Below are positions 50,493 to 59,881 of a stretch of 64,000 bases of DNA, in pieces (the stretch's first letter is position 1; each line of letters opens with the position of its first letter). Source of the stretch: Candidatus Zhuqueibacterota bacterium (GTDB taxonomy: Bacteria > Zhuqueibacterota > Zhuqueibacteria > Residuimicrobiales > Oceaniaggregativiventaceae); assembly GCA_014728085.1 (NCBI GenBank), contig WJMF01000230.1:5276-69275 (forward strand). The letters run 5' to 3'. The translations under genes and the position numbers were made by a program. The notes under the pieces are model-generated. The model was not told the DNA's origin. It was given only the letters and a program-made list of their open reading frames with translations, and did not search any database.

Positions 50493-51203
50493 TTATCTCA
50501 GGGCTGCCATCGCTGCTGCTTTGTAATAGCGGCCGACGGGAAGTTCTCTTCCGGCGATTTCGATACCACTGCCGGAAAAGGAGATTACTTTATCGATATT
50601 GATGATGAATGATTTGTGTATTCTCAAGAAGCGGCAAGTCGGCAAACTTGCTTCCAGAGACTTTAAAGAGGTTTTACTGATGACGGTTCGGCGATTCATG
50701 TGAATCTGCACATAATCTTTCATACTTTCAATATAATAGATATCCTTTATCAATAGCCGTAATACTTTTCGATCCGCCTTAACCATCAGGATTTTTTTAT
50801 CCTCCTGTCTGGATGTTCCCGTCAGTTCGGGCAGATTCTGATCTTTCTGCTTTAATTTATAATATTTATCCAGTGCCTGCAGCAAGCGTTCAAAGGCTAT
50901 CGGTTTGAGCAAATAATCGACCACATCGAGTTCAAAGGCGTCAAATGCATAATCTCTGTATGCGGTTACAAAAATGACTTTTGGTGGTTTTTTCAATGAA
51001 CGCAAAAGTTCGATGCCGCTGAGCTCCGGCATATCGATGTCGAGGAACAAGAGATCGACAGTGGTTTTTTGCAAAAGATGAAATGCCTTGACTGCATCTT
51101 CACAGGTGGCTGTGATTTCAAAATTTTCGAGTTTCTTCAATAATGTGCTTAATGCATTGATGGCCAGCGGTTCATCATCGACAATCATGCAACGAGTCAT
51201 CAT
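50493..51203 (-). CDS. LytTR-family response regulator
   Basis: IVDDEP, FLDIDMP, FVTAY, YLLKP and LytTR domain (FLRIHKSFIIN). Confidence 0.93.
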   Translation of the reverse strand: MMTRCMIVDDEPLAINALSTLLKKLENFEITATCEDAVKAFHLLQKTTVDLLFLDIDMPELSGIELLRSLKKPPKVIFVTAYRDYAFDAFELDVVDYLLKPIAFERLLQALDKYYKLKQKDQNLPELTGTSRQEDKKILMVKADRKVLRLLIKDIYYIESMKDYVQIHMNRRTVISKTSLKSLEASLPTCRFLRIHKSFIINIDKVISFSGSGIEIAGRELPVGRYYKAAAMAALR

Positions 51204-52299
51204 TTTCCTCATCCTTTTTTACGGGAAATGTTAGAGTGATGGTATATAATTCTTTTGTTTGCGAAATATCGAGTTGATAGTTCTTGTCAAAGAGCAAATC
51301 GAGCTGTCTGATAACGCTTTCCTGACCTATTCCCTCCGCATTTTTTTTGTTTTCAGGCGATGCAAAGTTATTTTGCATGTAAAATTTGGCGTGTTTTTCC
51401 TCGAGTATGATTACAATGTCGATGCTAATGCGTCCGCGTTTTTTCCTCGCTCCGTGTTTGAATGCGTTTTCAACAAACGGTAGCAAGATCATCGGCGGCA
51501 CCATTACATTTGATGTTTGTGGAGAATCGAATTTGACCTCCAGCCTGTTGCCGTAGCGAAGCTTTTGTAATTCGATATAGTTTCCGAGAAAGCGTATTTC
51601 TTTGCTGAGGGGAAGGCGCTCCGATTTACAGTCATAGAGGATATAGTCGAGCATATCGGAAAGTTTGAGAACGGCAGCAGGGGCCTGATCTGATTTGTTC
51701 AGCGCCAGTGCGTAGATACTGTTTAGTGTATTGAATAAAAAGTGTGGATTGAGTTGTGTGCGCAACATGCGCAATTCCGCCTTTATTTTTTCCTGTAACA
51801 GTTTTTGGGCCTTGTTTTGTTCAGAGGCCCAATACAATAAGATACGAATCGATGTTGCCACGAGAATAATAAACAAAAGACCAATTACGACAACCAGTAT
51901 GTCGATGGTGGTGTAATCCATTGGAGTTACGGATATTGACAGGATCTGATATAACAGGAATTGATAGATAATCAGTGCGGTCAGCCATACGAAGGCGATC
52001 AGGGTGTAAAAGGTAAAGAGAAGGAATAAGGGTATGGATCGTTTTTCGCGGTTGAAAATATAGCGGGGTAAAAGGAAATAGAGGAGGAGGTAGGCAGCGG
52101 CCATCGTTGGCGGCATCAGCCATGCTACAAATATGGCTGTTTGCCAATAGGCTTGTTGATGATGGCCGAAAAAGTAAACAAAAAAAATAAAAGCGATCGA
52201 CCAGAAGGCGATATGTGCGAGCACAGGCCGGTGCTTCATAAGCAACCGGCCTGAAAAAATGTTTTTTATCGAAAAATTTTTCTTTACATTTAGTGTCAT
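51175..52299 (-). CDS. LytS/YehU-type sensor histidine kinase
   Basis: Four TM helices, LRTQLNPHFLFNTLNSI and LPFVENAFKHG. The start may be 52239. Confidence 0.9.
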   Translation of the reverse strand: MTLNVKKNFSIKNIFSGRLLMKHRPVLAHIAFWSIAFIFFVYFFGHHQQAYWQTAIFVAWLMPPTMAAAYLLLYFLLPRYIFNREKRSIPLFLLFTFYTLIAFVWLTALIIYQFLLYQILSISVTPMDYTTIDILVVVIGLLFIILVATSIRILLYWASEQNKAQKLLQEKIKAELRMLRTQLNPHFLFNTLNSIYALALNKSDQAPAAVLKLSDMLDYILYDCKSERLPLSKEIRFLGNYIELQKLRYGNRLEVKFDSPQTSNVMVPPMILLPFVENAFKHGARKKRGRISIDIVIILEEKHAKFYMQNNFASPENKKNAEGIGQESVIRQLDLLFDKNYQLDISQTKELYTITLTFPVKKDEENDDSLHDCR

Positions 52300-52525
52300 A
52301 AAAAAAGATAAGATTCTCAGAACAAAATGTCACGCAAAATCGTCGTAATGGCGCGCTGCGATGATAAAAAGATAATTCTTGTCGACAAACGGCATTTATC
52401 GCAGAATAAAGGGTTTGTCGCTTTATCATTTGAACGGTTGCCGATTCTTTCTGATTATATGCTCCTTCAGTGTTAGATTATGACAGCAACCTAAACGGTA
52501 AACTAAAATCTGAAAGGAGCTCGTT

Positions 52526-52933
52526 ATGCATGGAAATCATCCTCCACAAATTTCTTTTTTTGAAGCAATGGGTGTTTGGGCCTGGATAATGGTTCCCCTT
52601 GCTCTCATCACGCTCTATTTTATCATCAAACGCACGATCGACGTTCTGCACGACAGGGAAAAAACGGTCTCTGAATGTTATCGGGAGCTGCATACTGTTC
52701 TTTTTTGGGGCAGCCTCACCGCTGTTTTCGGGCTGTTGGGACAAATTATGGGACTATGGAACGCCATTTTTACCATCATCAGAGCTACGGATATCAACCC
52801 TCAGATCGTGATGAAGGGATTTCGCATCTCTTTTTATCCCACCATTTTTGGTTTGATTACACTTGTCGTAGCCGCCATCGCCTGGTATGGGCTCACCATC
52901 GTTTTGCGAAAACGCAAGGGAGCAGATGCCTGA
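52526..52933 (+). CDS. Stand-alone MotA/TolQ/ExbB-like 3-TM membrane protein
   Basis: AAGGAG RBS; GSLTAVFGLLGQIMGLWNAI...GFRISFYPTIFGL resembles the last two TM helices of MotA/ExbB. Confidence 0.75.
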   Translation: MHGNHPPQISFFEAMGVWAWIMVPLALITLYFIIKRTIDVLHDREKTVSECYRELHTVLFWGSLTAVFGLLGQIMGLWNAIFTIIRATDINPQIVMKGFRISFYPTIFGLITLVVAAIAWYGLTIVLRKRKGADA

Positions 52934-53000
52934 GATTTTTAAGAGTTAGCCGGATTACATGCCCGGCTCTGTTTGAGAGGTAAAATTGGCTTTGTTCAAA

Positions 53001-53043
53001 AAAAGGTCATTCCTGCATTAGGCTATGCGGGGGTGGCCTTTTT
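53001..53043 (+). terminator. Rho-independent terminator
   Basis: ~17-bp stem with G-U pairs (AAAGGTCATTCCTGCAT / ATGCGGGGGTGGCCTTT) ending in a T-run. Confidence 0.7.
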
Positions 53044-53156
53044 GCTAAAGCGGGGTTTGTTCTTGTCAAAAAAATGAAATTTGTAAAGGTTAACGGGCAG
53101 GGGGGCAAAATTTTCAGAAAAAGTTTTTAAAGGTCAACGGTCTTTATAAAAAAATC

Positions 53157-53185
53157 TTGTTTTGTGAATAAATAAATATTATAAT
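53157..53185 (+). promoter_or_regulatory. Sigma70-type promoter
   Basis: TTGTTT, 17-nt spacer, TATAAT, about 160 nt upstream of the ATG at 53345. Confidence 0.6.
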
Positions 53186-53202
53186 GAATCGAAACTTTTA
53201 TA

Positions 53203-53309
53203 TTGCTCTATGCGGTATGCCCTCGGCAAACGGGAACATGCCGGCAATGCCGGTGTACCAATAGGATGAAATTTTCCCGGTGGTTGAATTGTTTATATTA
53301 TTAGAGCAA
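53203..53309 (+). promoter_or_regulatory. Candidate structured 5' leader RNA
   Basis: Closing helix TTGCTCTA/TAGAGCAA, inner helix CGGGAA/TTCCCG and hairpin CCGG-CAATG-CCGG. No known riboswitch family recognised. Confidence 0.3.
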
Positions 53310-53344
53310 CGAGTTAGAACATACAAAATCCAAGGAGAACAATA

Positions 53345-54355
53345 ATGAAACGATTTTTTTTGTTTTCAATTGTATTTATGCTGTTTTTTGTGTTTGTATT
53401 TCAGCTTCAGGCGGATGTTAAAAAAGAATCCGTTACCCAATTGGAGTTCAAGGGCACACTGGGAATGATGATGAAAGTCATGGGTGCCAGCAAACCGACC
53501 TATACGATTGAATATTATAAAGGCGATATGTTCAAGACAGAAACTTTGAATAAAAAGGAAAAGCTCCTTCAGGCGCAGATCATTGACCTTGACAATGAGC
53601 TGATTTATTCAATCGATCATGAAAATGAACAATATACGGAAATGACATTTGACGAATGGCGTCAGCTTTTGGAAACCCAGATGCAACAAGTCGAAGACGA
53701 GAGCCCGGAACAGGATGTTGAGGAAGGTGATACCAAAGTTGAATGGCAATTTGATGTAGATGTTAAAAAGCCGGGTAAAACAGAAACCGTTGCCGGGAAA
53801 AAATCCGAGAAAGCGGTGATTACGCTGAACCTCAAGGCTACGGCAACAGAGAAAGAAAGCGAAGAGGGCCCGGAAAAGAGATCGGAGGGTGAATTGATCG
53901 TTACCTCTACACATTGGCTGGCCAAAGAACTCGAGGGGAGAGAAGAGATCAATGCGTTCCGGAAAAAGCTGGTCGAAAAGCTTGGATTCGAACCCTCTGA
54001 AGGCGGTATGCGTGAAGTCTTTGGCAGAATTGCACAGAGTCACCCGCAACTGGCTGAGGCAATGAAAAAGTTGCAGGAAGAGAGTGCAAAGCTCGAGGGC
54101 GTATCGATGAAATCTCACACGCTATATGCGACAAAAGGAAGCGAGATGGGCAAAGAGGAAGAGAAAGAAGAAGAAAAAATACCCACTTCTGTGGGTGGAT
54201 TCATGAAGGGACTCGGCAAAAAAGTGGCGGAGAGCCGCCAGTCAGATGATGAGGAAAAAATTCTCATAGAGTCGACGAGTGAAACCACGGCATACACCCT
54301 AACGACTATCGATGCAGCCGAATTCAACATACCGGATTCCTACAAAAAGAAATAA
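53345..54355 (+). CDS. Secreted hypothetical protein (DUF4412-like fold suspected)
   Basis: AAGGAG RBS, signal peptide ending LQA, IIDLD...Y.ID...Y.EM pattern and F.IP.SYKK C-terminus. Confidence 0.8.
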   Translation: MKRFFLFSIVFMLFFVFVFQLQADVKKESVTQLEFKGTLGMMMKVMGASKPTYTIEYYKGDMFKTETLNKKEKLLQAQIIDLDNELIYSIDHENEQYTEMTFDEWRQLLETQMQQVEDESPEQDVEEGDTKVEWQFDVDVKKPGKTETVAGKKSEKAVITLNLKATATEKESEEGPEKRSEGELIVTSTHWLAKELEGREEINAFRKKLVEKLGFEPSEGGMREVFGRIAQSHPQLAEAMKKLQEESAKLEGVSMKSHTLYATKGSEMGKEEEKEEEKIPTSVGGFMKGLGKKVAESRQSDDEEKILIESTSETTAYTLTTIDAAEFNIPDSYKKK

Positions 54356-54370
54356 GGTTAACATGTTACA

Positions 54371-54405
54371 GAGCCGGGGCATTTAACACTCTTTTGTCCC
54401 GGCTC
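54371..54405. terminator. Hairpin, probable terminator between convergent transcripts
   Basis: Inverted repeat GAGCCGGGGCA / TGTCCCGGCTC. Confidence 0.55.
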
Positions 54406-54554
54406 GTACTATTTATAACACATTCAGCCCCGGGGTGGAGGTCATTAGACATTGTTATTTTTCTGGTATATTATTTTTTGGTTTTTATTGATTCCTCCTA
54501 TAAACGATTCTCTCAATCATGAGGATGTTTTTACCGTAGCAGAGCGCGTAACCC

Positions 54555-54757
54555 GGCCCCCAGGGTCACCCGCCTACAGTGATGTCTGTTTTTCCAGCCG
54601 CTGGCCGCGTCCGCTTGATTCCGGGGATTCGCATCATACATTTCGGGATGCGGCGGCTTTTCACGCGACACGGCTGGACCGGGTATACAGCCTTGATTCG
54701 ACATGGTTTGCGGAATGTAAACAGCGCGGCTACTCCGTCGGCGGAACCCTGAACTCT
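54555..54757 (-). ncRNA. Candidate ~190-200-nt structured ncRNA (6S-like rod or novel motif)
   Basis: Nested long-range helices: 54740-54751 with 54561-54574, 54722-54731 with 54596-54603, and 54711-54716 with 54618-54623, plus two internal hairpins. G-U pairs favour the minus strand. Confidence 0.4.
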
Positions 54758-54817
54758 ATACTTTTTGATTTTCCTGGTGCATCAACGCGGCAAAGTGGAC
54801 GCATTTTGAATTTTTTT

Positions 54818-56710
54818 TTATTTCATCAGGGTCATCTTTATACTTTTCTGAAAATCATTTATGACCAGGCTGCAGAAATAGATGCCGCTGGGCACAGGAT
54901 ATCCCATATCGTTGACGCCCTTCCATTCGATGCGATACTTGCCACTTGAAAGATGTTCGGACCGCAGGGTTGTGATTTTTTCCCCTTTGAGATTGTAGAT
55001 AACGATAGATGCAAAACCGGCCTTTTCCAGGGAAAACTCGATAGTGGTTGACGGATTAAATGGATTGGGATAATTTTGCCTGAGCTCATAGTCTTGCGGC
55101 ACCGCATAGTCCGCCCGTAAAGCCTGATGGAAGGTTAATTCACCGGCAAAACTGATGTCCGCCAGTTTGTAGTAATATGTTTTTCCCGGTTCCACATCAT
55201 AGTCGATGAATTCATAAGTGTGTTCCGAATCGCTGTCTCCGGCTCCCGGAATAATTTGAACCGTGATTCTTTCATACCTGCCATTGAGCTCGTCGGAACG
55301 ATAGATGTAATAGCCATAATTTTCGGTTTCCGACCGCGTTGTCCATTGTAATGCGATCGCATTGTTTAATGCTGTGGCTGTGAAGGAACTGAGTTCCACC
55401 GGATAGGGTTCCAGTAAGGTTACGTCGGTACTCATGGGATTATCGTAAAATATTGCCATTTCCTCGGCCGTAGCCACCGTTTGATTTGCCGGCATAAAGA
55501 AACGCGTATAGCCAATTTCGTAAAGACCTGTAATCGGCGATGATGCGTTTTCAAATGAAACACCGATATCTCCCCAGGATTCATAGTTCGGTGCATTGTC
55601 TCCGGTTTCAGGCATGCCGTCTCCGGAGTTATGGCTGCTGTTATCATCGTGGTAATAGAGGCTCTGGGTTATGCCCAAGTCCGGGAGATTTACCAGCTGA
55701 ATGACACTTCCTGGTGTACCGGTTACCATGCTCCAAACGGATGTGCCTGGTGCGGGCAGGGAAGTGTCCACGGCATCGTTGGTTCCATCGATGGTGGCGC
55801 CTGTAACGGCGTTATTGGTGCTGTAAAATGTCATGGCGCTGGCGTTGCCGTTCAAATCCAGGGATTGACGTAAATAATGAATACCGTAATCGGCGAGGAT
55901 ATGTCCATAACTGCCGCCGGTGATGGAAAAACGATCATAATATTTTTCAGTTATATCCTTTTCCGCTACCTGATCGAACAAGGAAAAGGATATGTCAACC
56001 TGGCGAAGTACCCGAACGGTACCGTCTTTGATCTGGACATTGTTGAGGGTCATATCTTCCTCAGTGAAGTTGTAACTGTAGGTATTGTACTGGCCGCTGG
56101 AGCGAATTTTTTCGCGATCTATAATATCAACCCCATTGCCGCCGCCGGCAGCTGTGATCATGAGATCAGTAAGCGTTCCATCGCTGTTCAACCCCAACTG
56201 ATAACAGGAAGATGTAATTTGATTTGTGGTATGGTTATAGGACAGGAGATCATCTGCAACATAGGTTAGGGTAGCAGAGCGATATAGATAGACCCAGGCA
56301 AAGCGGGAAGGATCAACGCTATCGGTAATTTTTATTTCATAACGGTTATATCCCTGAGAACTGATATCAGCAATCCAACTGGCAACCGTGCTGGAATCAC
56401 CTGCATCCCGTGCCATAAATGTAAGTTCATCGTAATCATCCAGGATTTGATCGGTTTCTACAAAATAGTGCTCCTGATCATCTACATCATCGAATTGAAA
56501 TGGTATTTGTGTCCAGCTGTTCGTGGTTTTGTCAAAAGCATAAAGAAAAAGCTGATCAAAGGGCACACCGTTGAAAATTGGAAATTGATCCGCCGTCATG
56601 GTTATCGCTTCAATATCTCTGTCCAGGTTGTCAAACTGCGCAGCCGCCTGATAGGTATATAAAATTGAAAAGAAAAGAAGACATGTGAATATGAATGGAT
56701 TTTTTTTCAT
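54818..56710 (-). CDS. Secreted protein with unknown N-terminal domain, PVELxSF module and FlgD/T9SS-like C-terminal domain
   Basis: Signal peptide ending AAAQ; YPVELSSFTA; LRQNYPNPFNPSTTIEF...SGIYF...KMTLMK. Confidence 0.85.
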   Translation of the reverse strand: MKKNPFIFTCLLFFSILYTYQAAAQFDNLDRDIEAITMTADQFPIFNGVPFDQLFLYAFDKTTNSWTQIPFQFDDVDDQEHYFVETDQILDDYDELTFMARDAGDSSTVASWIADISSQGYNRYEIKITDSVDPSRFAWVYLYRSATLTYVADDLLSYNHTTNQITSSCYQLGLNSDGTLTDLMITAAGGGNGVDIIDREKIRSSGQYNTYSYNFTEEDMTLNNVQIKDGTVRVLRQVDISFSLFDQVAEKDITEKYYDRFSITGGSYGHILADYGIHYLRQSLDLNGNASAMTFYSTNNAVTGATIDGTNDAVDTSLPAPGTSVWSMVTGTPGSVIQLVNLPDLGITQSLYYHDDNSSHNSGDGMPETGDNAPNYESWGDIGVSFENASSPITGLYEIGYTRFFMPANQTVATAEEMAIFYDNPMSTDVTLLEPYPVELSSFTATALNNAIALQWTTRSETENYGYYIYRSDELNGRYERITVQIIPGAGDSDSEHTYEFIDYDVEPGKTYYYKLADISFAGELTFHQALRADYAVPQDYELRQNYPNPFNPSTTIEFSLEKAGFASIVIYNLKGEKITTLRSEHLSSGKYRIEWKGVNDMGYPVPSGIYFCSLVINDFQKSIKMTLMK

Positions 56711-57127
56711 CTCAAATCTCCGCTATGGTTTATAGTTGTTCGCAGGTCATAGTGCAATTATAATACCAAAGGCAGTGTTGTTTTGGCGGAATTTTCGGGG
56801 AATGGCACCATTTAACATTTTCATTAGAGTCATTTTTTCTGATTTGGATAGCAGCAATACCGTGCATCAATGTTCTGTTTTTAATAACCTTGAAGGGGTT
56901 CGGTCTGATGGCGGGATTTTTTGCGGAAGCGATTTAATTTAGTGTGATGTTATACCCGATGATAACAGACGGGTGGTATGATCAAGGAGGAGAGTCAAGT
57001 TCGGCAACGTGTCGCTTTTTAGGGACAAGTTTAGTTTACCTGTGTCATGGTTGTCTCGGCATGACTTTGCTTGTATTCCGCCATTCAAATCTGTATATTA
57101 TCAAGTTAACAACCGGATAACGATACT

Positions 57128-58000
57128 ATGCAATCATCATTTCGAATCGAAAATCATAAAGATAGTGTTCAGGCGTTTATGCGTCATTATGGTATTCAGC
57201 CGCAGAGTGCCGAGACCCAATTTTTGAGCGAGATATTGCGTCATTTTTCCGGCTTTCCGTATGAAAACATCAGCAAGATCATTAAAGTCAATCAATTTTT
57301 TCGTTCTGAAGAACGGATTCGAAAACCGGAAGAGGTTTTAGAAGATCATTTGCAATATGGATTGGGGGGGACTTGTTTTTCCCTGACCTGGTTTTTACAG
57401 TCTATTCTGATGCATCATGGTTTTCGCTGTTATCCGGTTATCGCCCACATGCGCAACCGGCCCAATGAACACTGCGCTTTGGTGGTACAAATGGGGCGTG
57501 CCGCTTATCTGGTGGATCCGGGTTATCTGTTGCATAAACCTTTCAAGATGGATCCTGATCAACCGCGTCTTTATCATACGGAACATACCGGGGTTGAGAT
57601 GTTTTTTGATCGCCGGACGGAACAATATCATCTCTATACATTTAATCGTCAGGAAAAAAAATGGCGCTATTGTTTCAGGAATCACGCTGTCACGGATGAG
57701 GCCTTAAAAACCTATTGGCTGGATTCCTTTTACCGGCGTACCATGCACGGTATTTGTCTGACCAGAGTCGATAATGACCAGATGATTTATCTGCACAATG
57801 ATTATTTGCAAATCTCCACCATTCGGGGAAAACACAAGGAACGCATTAAAGCCGGGCTGGCTCTGAAAATAAAAGAGCTCTTTGGCATCGACCCGCAATG
57901 GGTTGAACAGGCATTGGAAAAATTACCACAAAATTTGGCGCTGGAAAAACAATGGGGATTGTATACGTCGAAAAGGGAAAAAGAGAATGAAACCGGTTGA
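57128..58000 (+). CDS. Arylamine N-acetyltransferase family protein
   Basis: FPYEN and a Cys-His-Asp triad: GGTCF, EHCAL, YLVDPG. Confidence 0.85.
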   Translation: MQSSFRIENHKDSVQAFMRHYGIQPQSAETQFLSEILRHFSGFPYENISKIIKVNQFFRSEERIRKPEEVLEDHLQYGLGGTCFSLTWFLQSILMHHGFRCYPVIAHMRNRPNEHCALVVQMGRAAYLVDPGYLLHKPFKMDPDQPRLYHTEHTGVEMFFDRRTEQYHLYTFNRQEKKWRYCFRNHAVTDEALKTYWLDSFYRRTMHGICLTRVDNDQMIYLHNDYLQISTIRGKHKERIKAGLALKIKELFGIDPQWVEQALEKLPQNLALEKQWGLYTSKREKENETG

Positions 58001-58562
58001 TCCTTTACCCGTAAAACTCGTTTTGGGGGTTTTATACAGCGACGAATCCCTGAGAGACGAGGCATTCTCCCGCCTTGAAGCGTGTTACGGCAAAACGGAT
58101 TACAAGAGTAAAATTTTTAATTTTGATATTACCGATTATTATGTTCCGGAGATGGGCACTCCCATCTACCGTCAGTTCATCTCGTTTTATCGTTTAATTC
58201 ACCCGAAGGAACTCCCTGCGATCAAGCTCGAGTGTAATGAGATAGAAAAAGAGGTTTCCTTAAAAGGAAACCGCAAGGTAAACCTTGATCCGGGATATAT
58301 GGATTACGACAAGTTTGTACTGGCGTCAGCAAAATATAATGGTCACAAAGTCTATCTCGATCACGGTATCTATGCTGATGTTACCTATCAGTTTAGCCGC
58401 GGCCGATATGTGCCTGTGGATTTTGCCTTCCCTGATTTTAAAACGTCCCGGTATTCAGAGCTGTTTCTGCACATCCGCGCCAAGTATAAAGGTCAGATGC
58501 GTAAACGAATGCGTGAGACGGCCCGAACTGAATCATCCGGGCCGGTTGCCGGGCGGCGATGA
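57987..58562 (+). CDS. DUF4416 family protein
   Basis: YYVPEMG, IK..CN.IE, RKVNLDPGY, KVYL..GIYA and FPDF. Start MKPVDP at 57987 overlaps the NAT 3' end. Confidence 0.85.
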   Translation: MKPVDPLPVKLVLGVLYSDESLRDEAFSRLEACYGKTDYKSKIFNFDITDYYVPEMGTPIYRQFISFYRLIHPKELPAIKLECNEIEKEVSLKGNRKVNLDPGYMDYDKFVLASAKYNGHKVYLDHGIYADVTYQFSRGRYVPVDFAFPDFKTSRYSELFLHIRAKYKGQMRKRMRETARTESSGPVAGRR

Positions 58563-58572
58563 ATTGGGTGGA

Positions 58573-59838
58573 TTAGAGCACCATTGCCATGGGGTTTTCG
58601 ATTCTTTTTTTCAAGTCTCTCATAAACAGAGCAGCGGCAACACCATCGATCACCCTGTGATCTGAAGAGAGCGTTAGTTTCATGCGTTGACCGATGGAAA
58701 TTTGATCCTCTTCGATTACCGGGACCTTTTTCACCGCCCCGACAGCCAGAATGGCTGCTTCGGGTGGATTGATGATAGCGCTGAACTCTTCAATGTTGTA
58801 CATACCGAGATTGCTGATCGTAAAGGTTGCTTTGGTATACTCTTCGGGCACCAGTTTTCGCTCTTTGGCGCGTTTAACCATAGATCTGATTTCTTTTGAT
58901 ATGTCTCCGATGCTTTTCTGATCGCAATTTCGAACAACCGGTGTGATGAGACCTTCGTCCAGCGTTACAGCGACACCTATATCGATGCGGTCGTGCTGCA
59001 GGATATGATCGCCGGCAAATGATGCGTTAATGTTTTTGTGTTTTTTCAGAGCCAGGCTCACCGCTTTGACGATAATATCGTTGAAACTGATTTTGATATC
59101 GGATTGTGATTCGTTCAATGCTTTGCGGAATTCCGCTGTTTTTCGCACATCCACCTCCGTGGTGAGATAGAAATGCGGTATCGTGGTTTTGCTCAGGGTC
59201 ATACGTCTGGAGATAACATCTCTCATGGTTGTGAGGTTTACTTTGACCGGCTCTTTTTCAGCGGCTTCACTGTTTTGGACTTTGTCGAGGAAATTGATGA
59301 CATCGCGACGGATGATTCGGCCTCCGGTGCCGCTGCCCTGAAGGCTGCGCAAGTTCACGCCCTTTTCTCCGGCAAGCTTTTTGGCAAGGGGAGAGGCTTT
59401 GAGGCGGGTACCGTCAGAGGCCGTTTTTATATCTGTTTTTGCAGGAGGAGAAACGGTTGTTGGCGGTGGTGCCGCGACGGCAGGCTTTGGGGGTTCCGGA
59501 GCTTTGCTCTCCGTTTCGGTTTTATTTGTTTCTTTTGTTTTTTCCGGCTCCGGTTTTGTATCCTCTTCGTTGGCCTCGAGTATATCAGAAATATCTTCAT
59601 CCTCCTCGCCAATTACCGCGATCAAACCGCCGACCCCGACTTTGCCTCCCTCCGGAACCACGATCTTTTTTAGAATCCCTTCATCAAAGGCTTCCAGTTC
59701 CATGGTGGCTTTGTCACTCTCGGCCTCGGCAACGACTTGACCGGCTTTTATCGCTTCGCCTTCTTTCTTTAGCCATTTGATTATCGTTCCTTCTTCCATG
59801 GTATCGCTGAGTTTGGGCATTGTCATTTTTATAGCCAT
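58573..59838 (-). CDS. pdhC: Pyruvate dehydrogenase E2, dihydrolipoamide acetyltransferase
   Basis: Lipoyl motif ESDKATM, E3-binding ASPLAKKLA...GSGTGGRI and catalytic DHRVIDG. Confidence 0.95.
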   Translation of the reverse strand: MAIKMTMPKLSDTMEEGTIIKWLKKEGEAIKAGQVVAEAESDKATMELEAFDEGILKKIVVPEGGKVGVGGLIAVIGEEDEDISDILEANEEDTKPEPEKTKETNKTETESKAPEPPKPAVAAPPPTTVSPPAKTDIKTASDGTRLKASPLAKKLAGEKGVNLRSLQGSGTGGRIIRRDVINFLDKVQNSEAAEKEPVKVNLTTMRDVISRRMTLSKTTIPHFYLTTEVDVRKTAEFRKALNESQSDIKISFNDIIVKAVSLALKKHKNINASFAGDHILQHDRIDIGVAVTLDEGLITPVVRNCDQKSIGDISKEIRSMVKRAKERKLVPEEYTKATFTISNLGMYNIEEFSAIINPPEAAILAVGAVKKVPVIEEDQISIGQRMKLTLSSDHRVIDGVAAALFMRDLKKRIENPMAMVL

Positions 59839-59881
59839 AATATTTTCCTTGAACTTCTTTTTGTCCGATTAATTGATGAAT

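Noticed and set aside
53224-53260. GGCAAAC as the start of a c-di-GMP-I riboswitch
   Set aside because: No GAAA tetraloop or GACGCAAAG follows.
54640-54752. Resemblance to the ykkC/guanidine-I riboswitch (AGGGUUCCG...GGUCC...AAAAGCC) or yybP (GGAGUAGC)
   Set aside because: The ACACGG...GGGAG and GCAAGAC/GCGAGAC core elements are missing and no downstream gene is properly positioned.
54452-54949. 165-aa plus-strand ORF
   Set aside because: TTG start without RBS, no recognisable motifs, and it overlaps both the structured RNA candidate and the 3' end of a real minus-strand gene.
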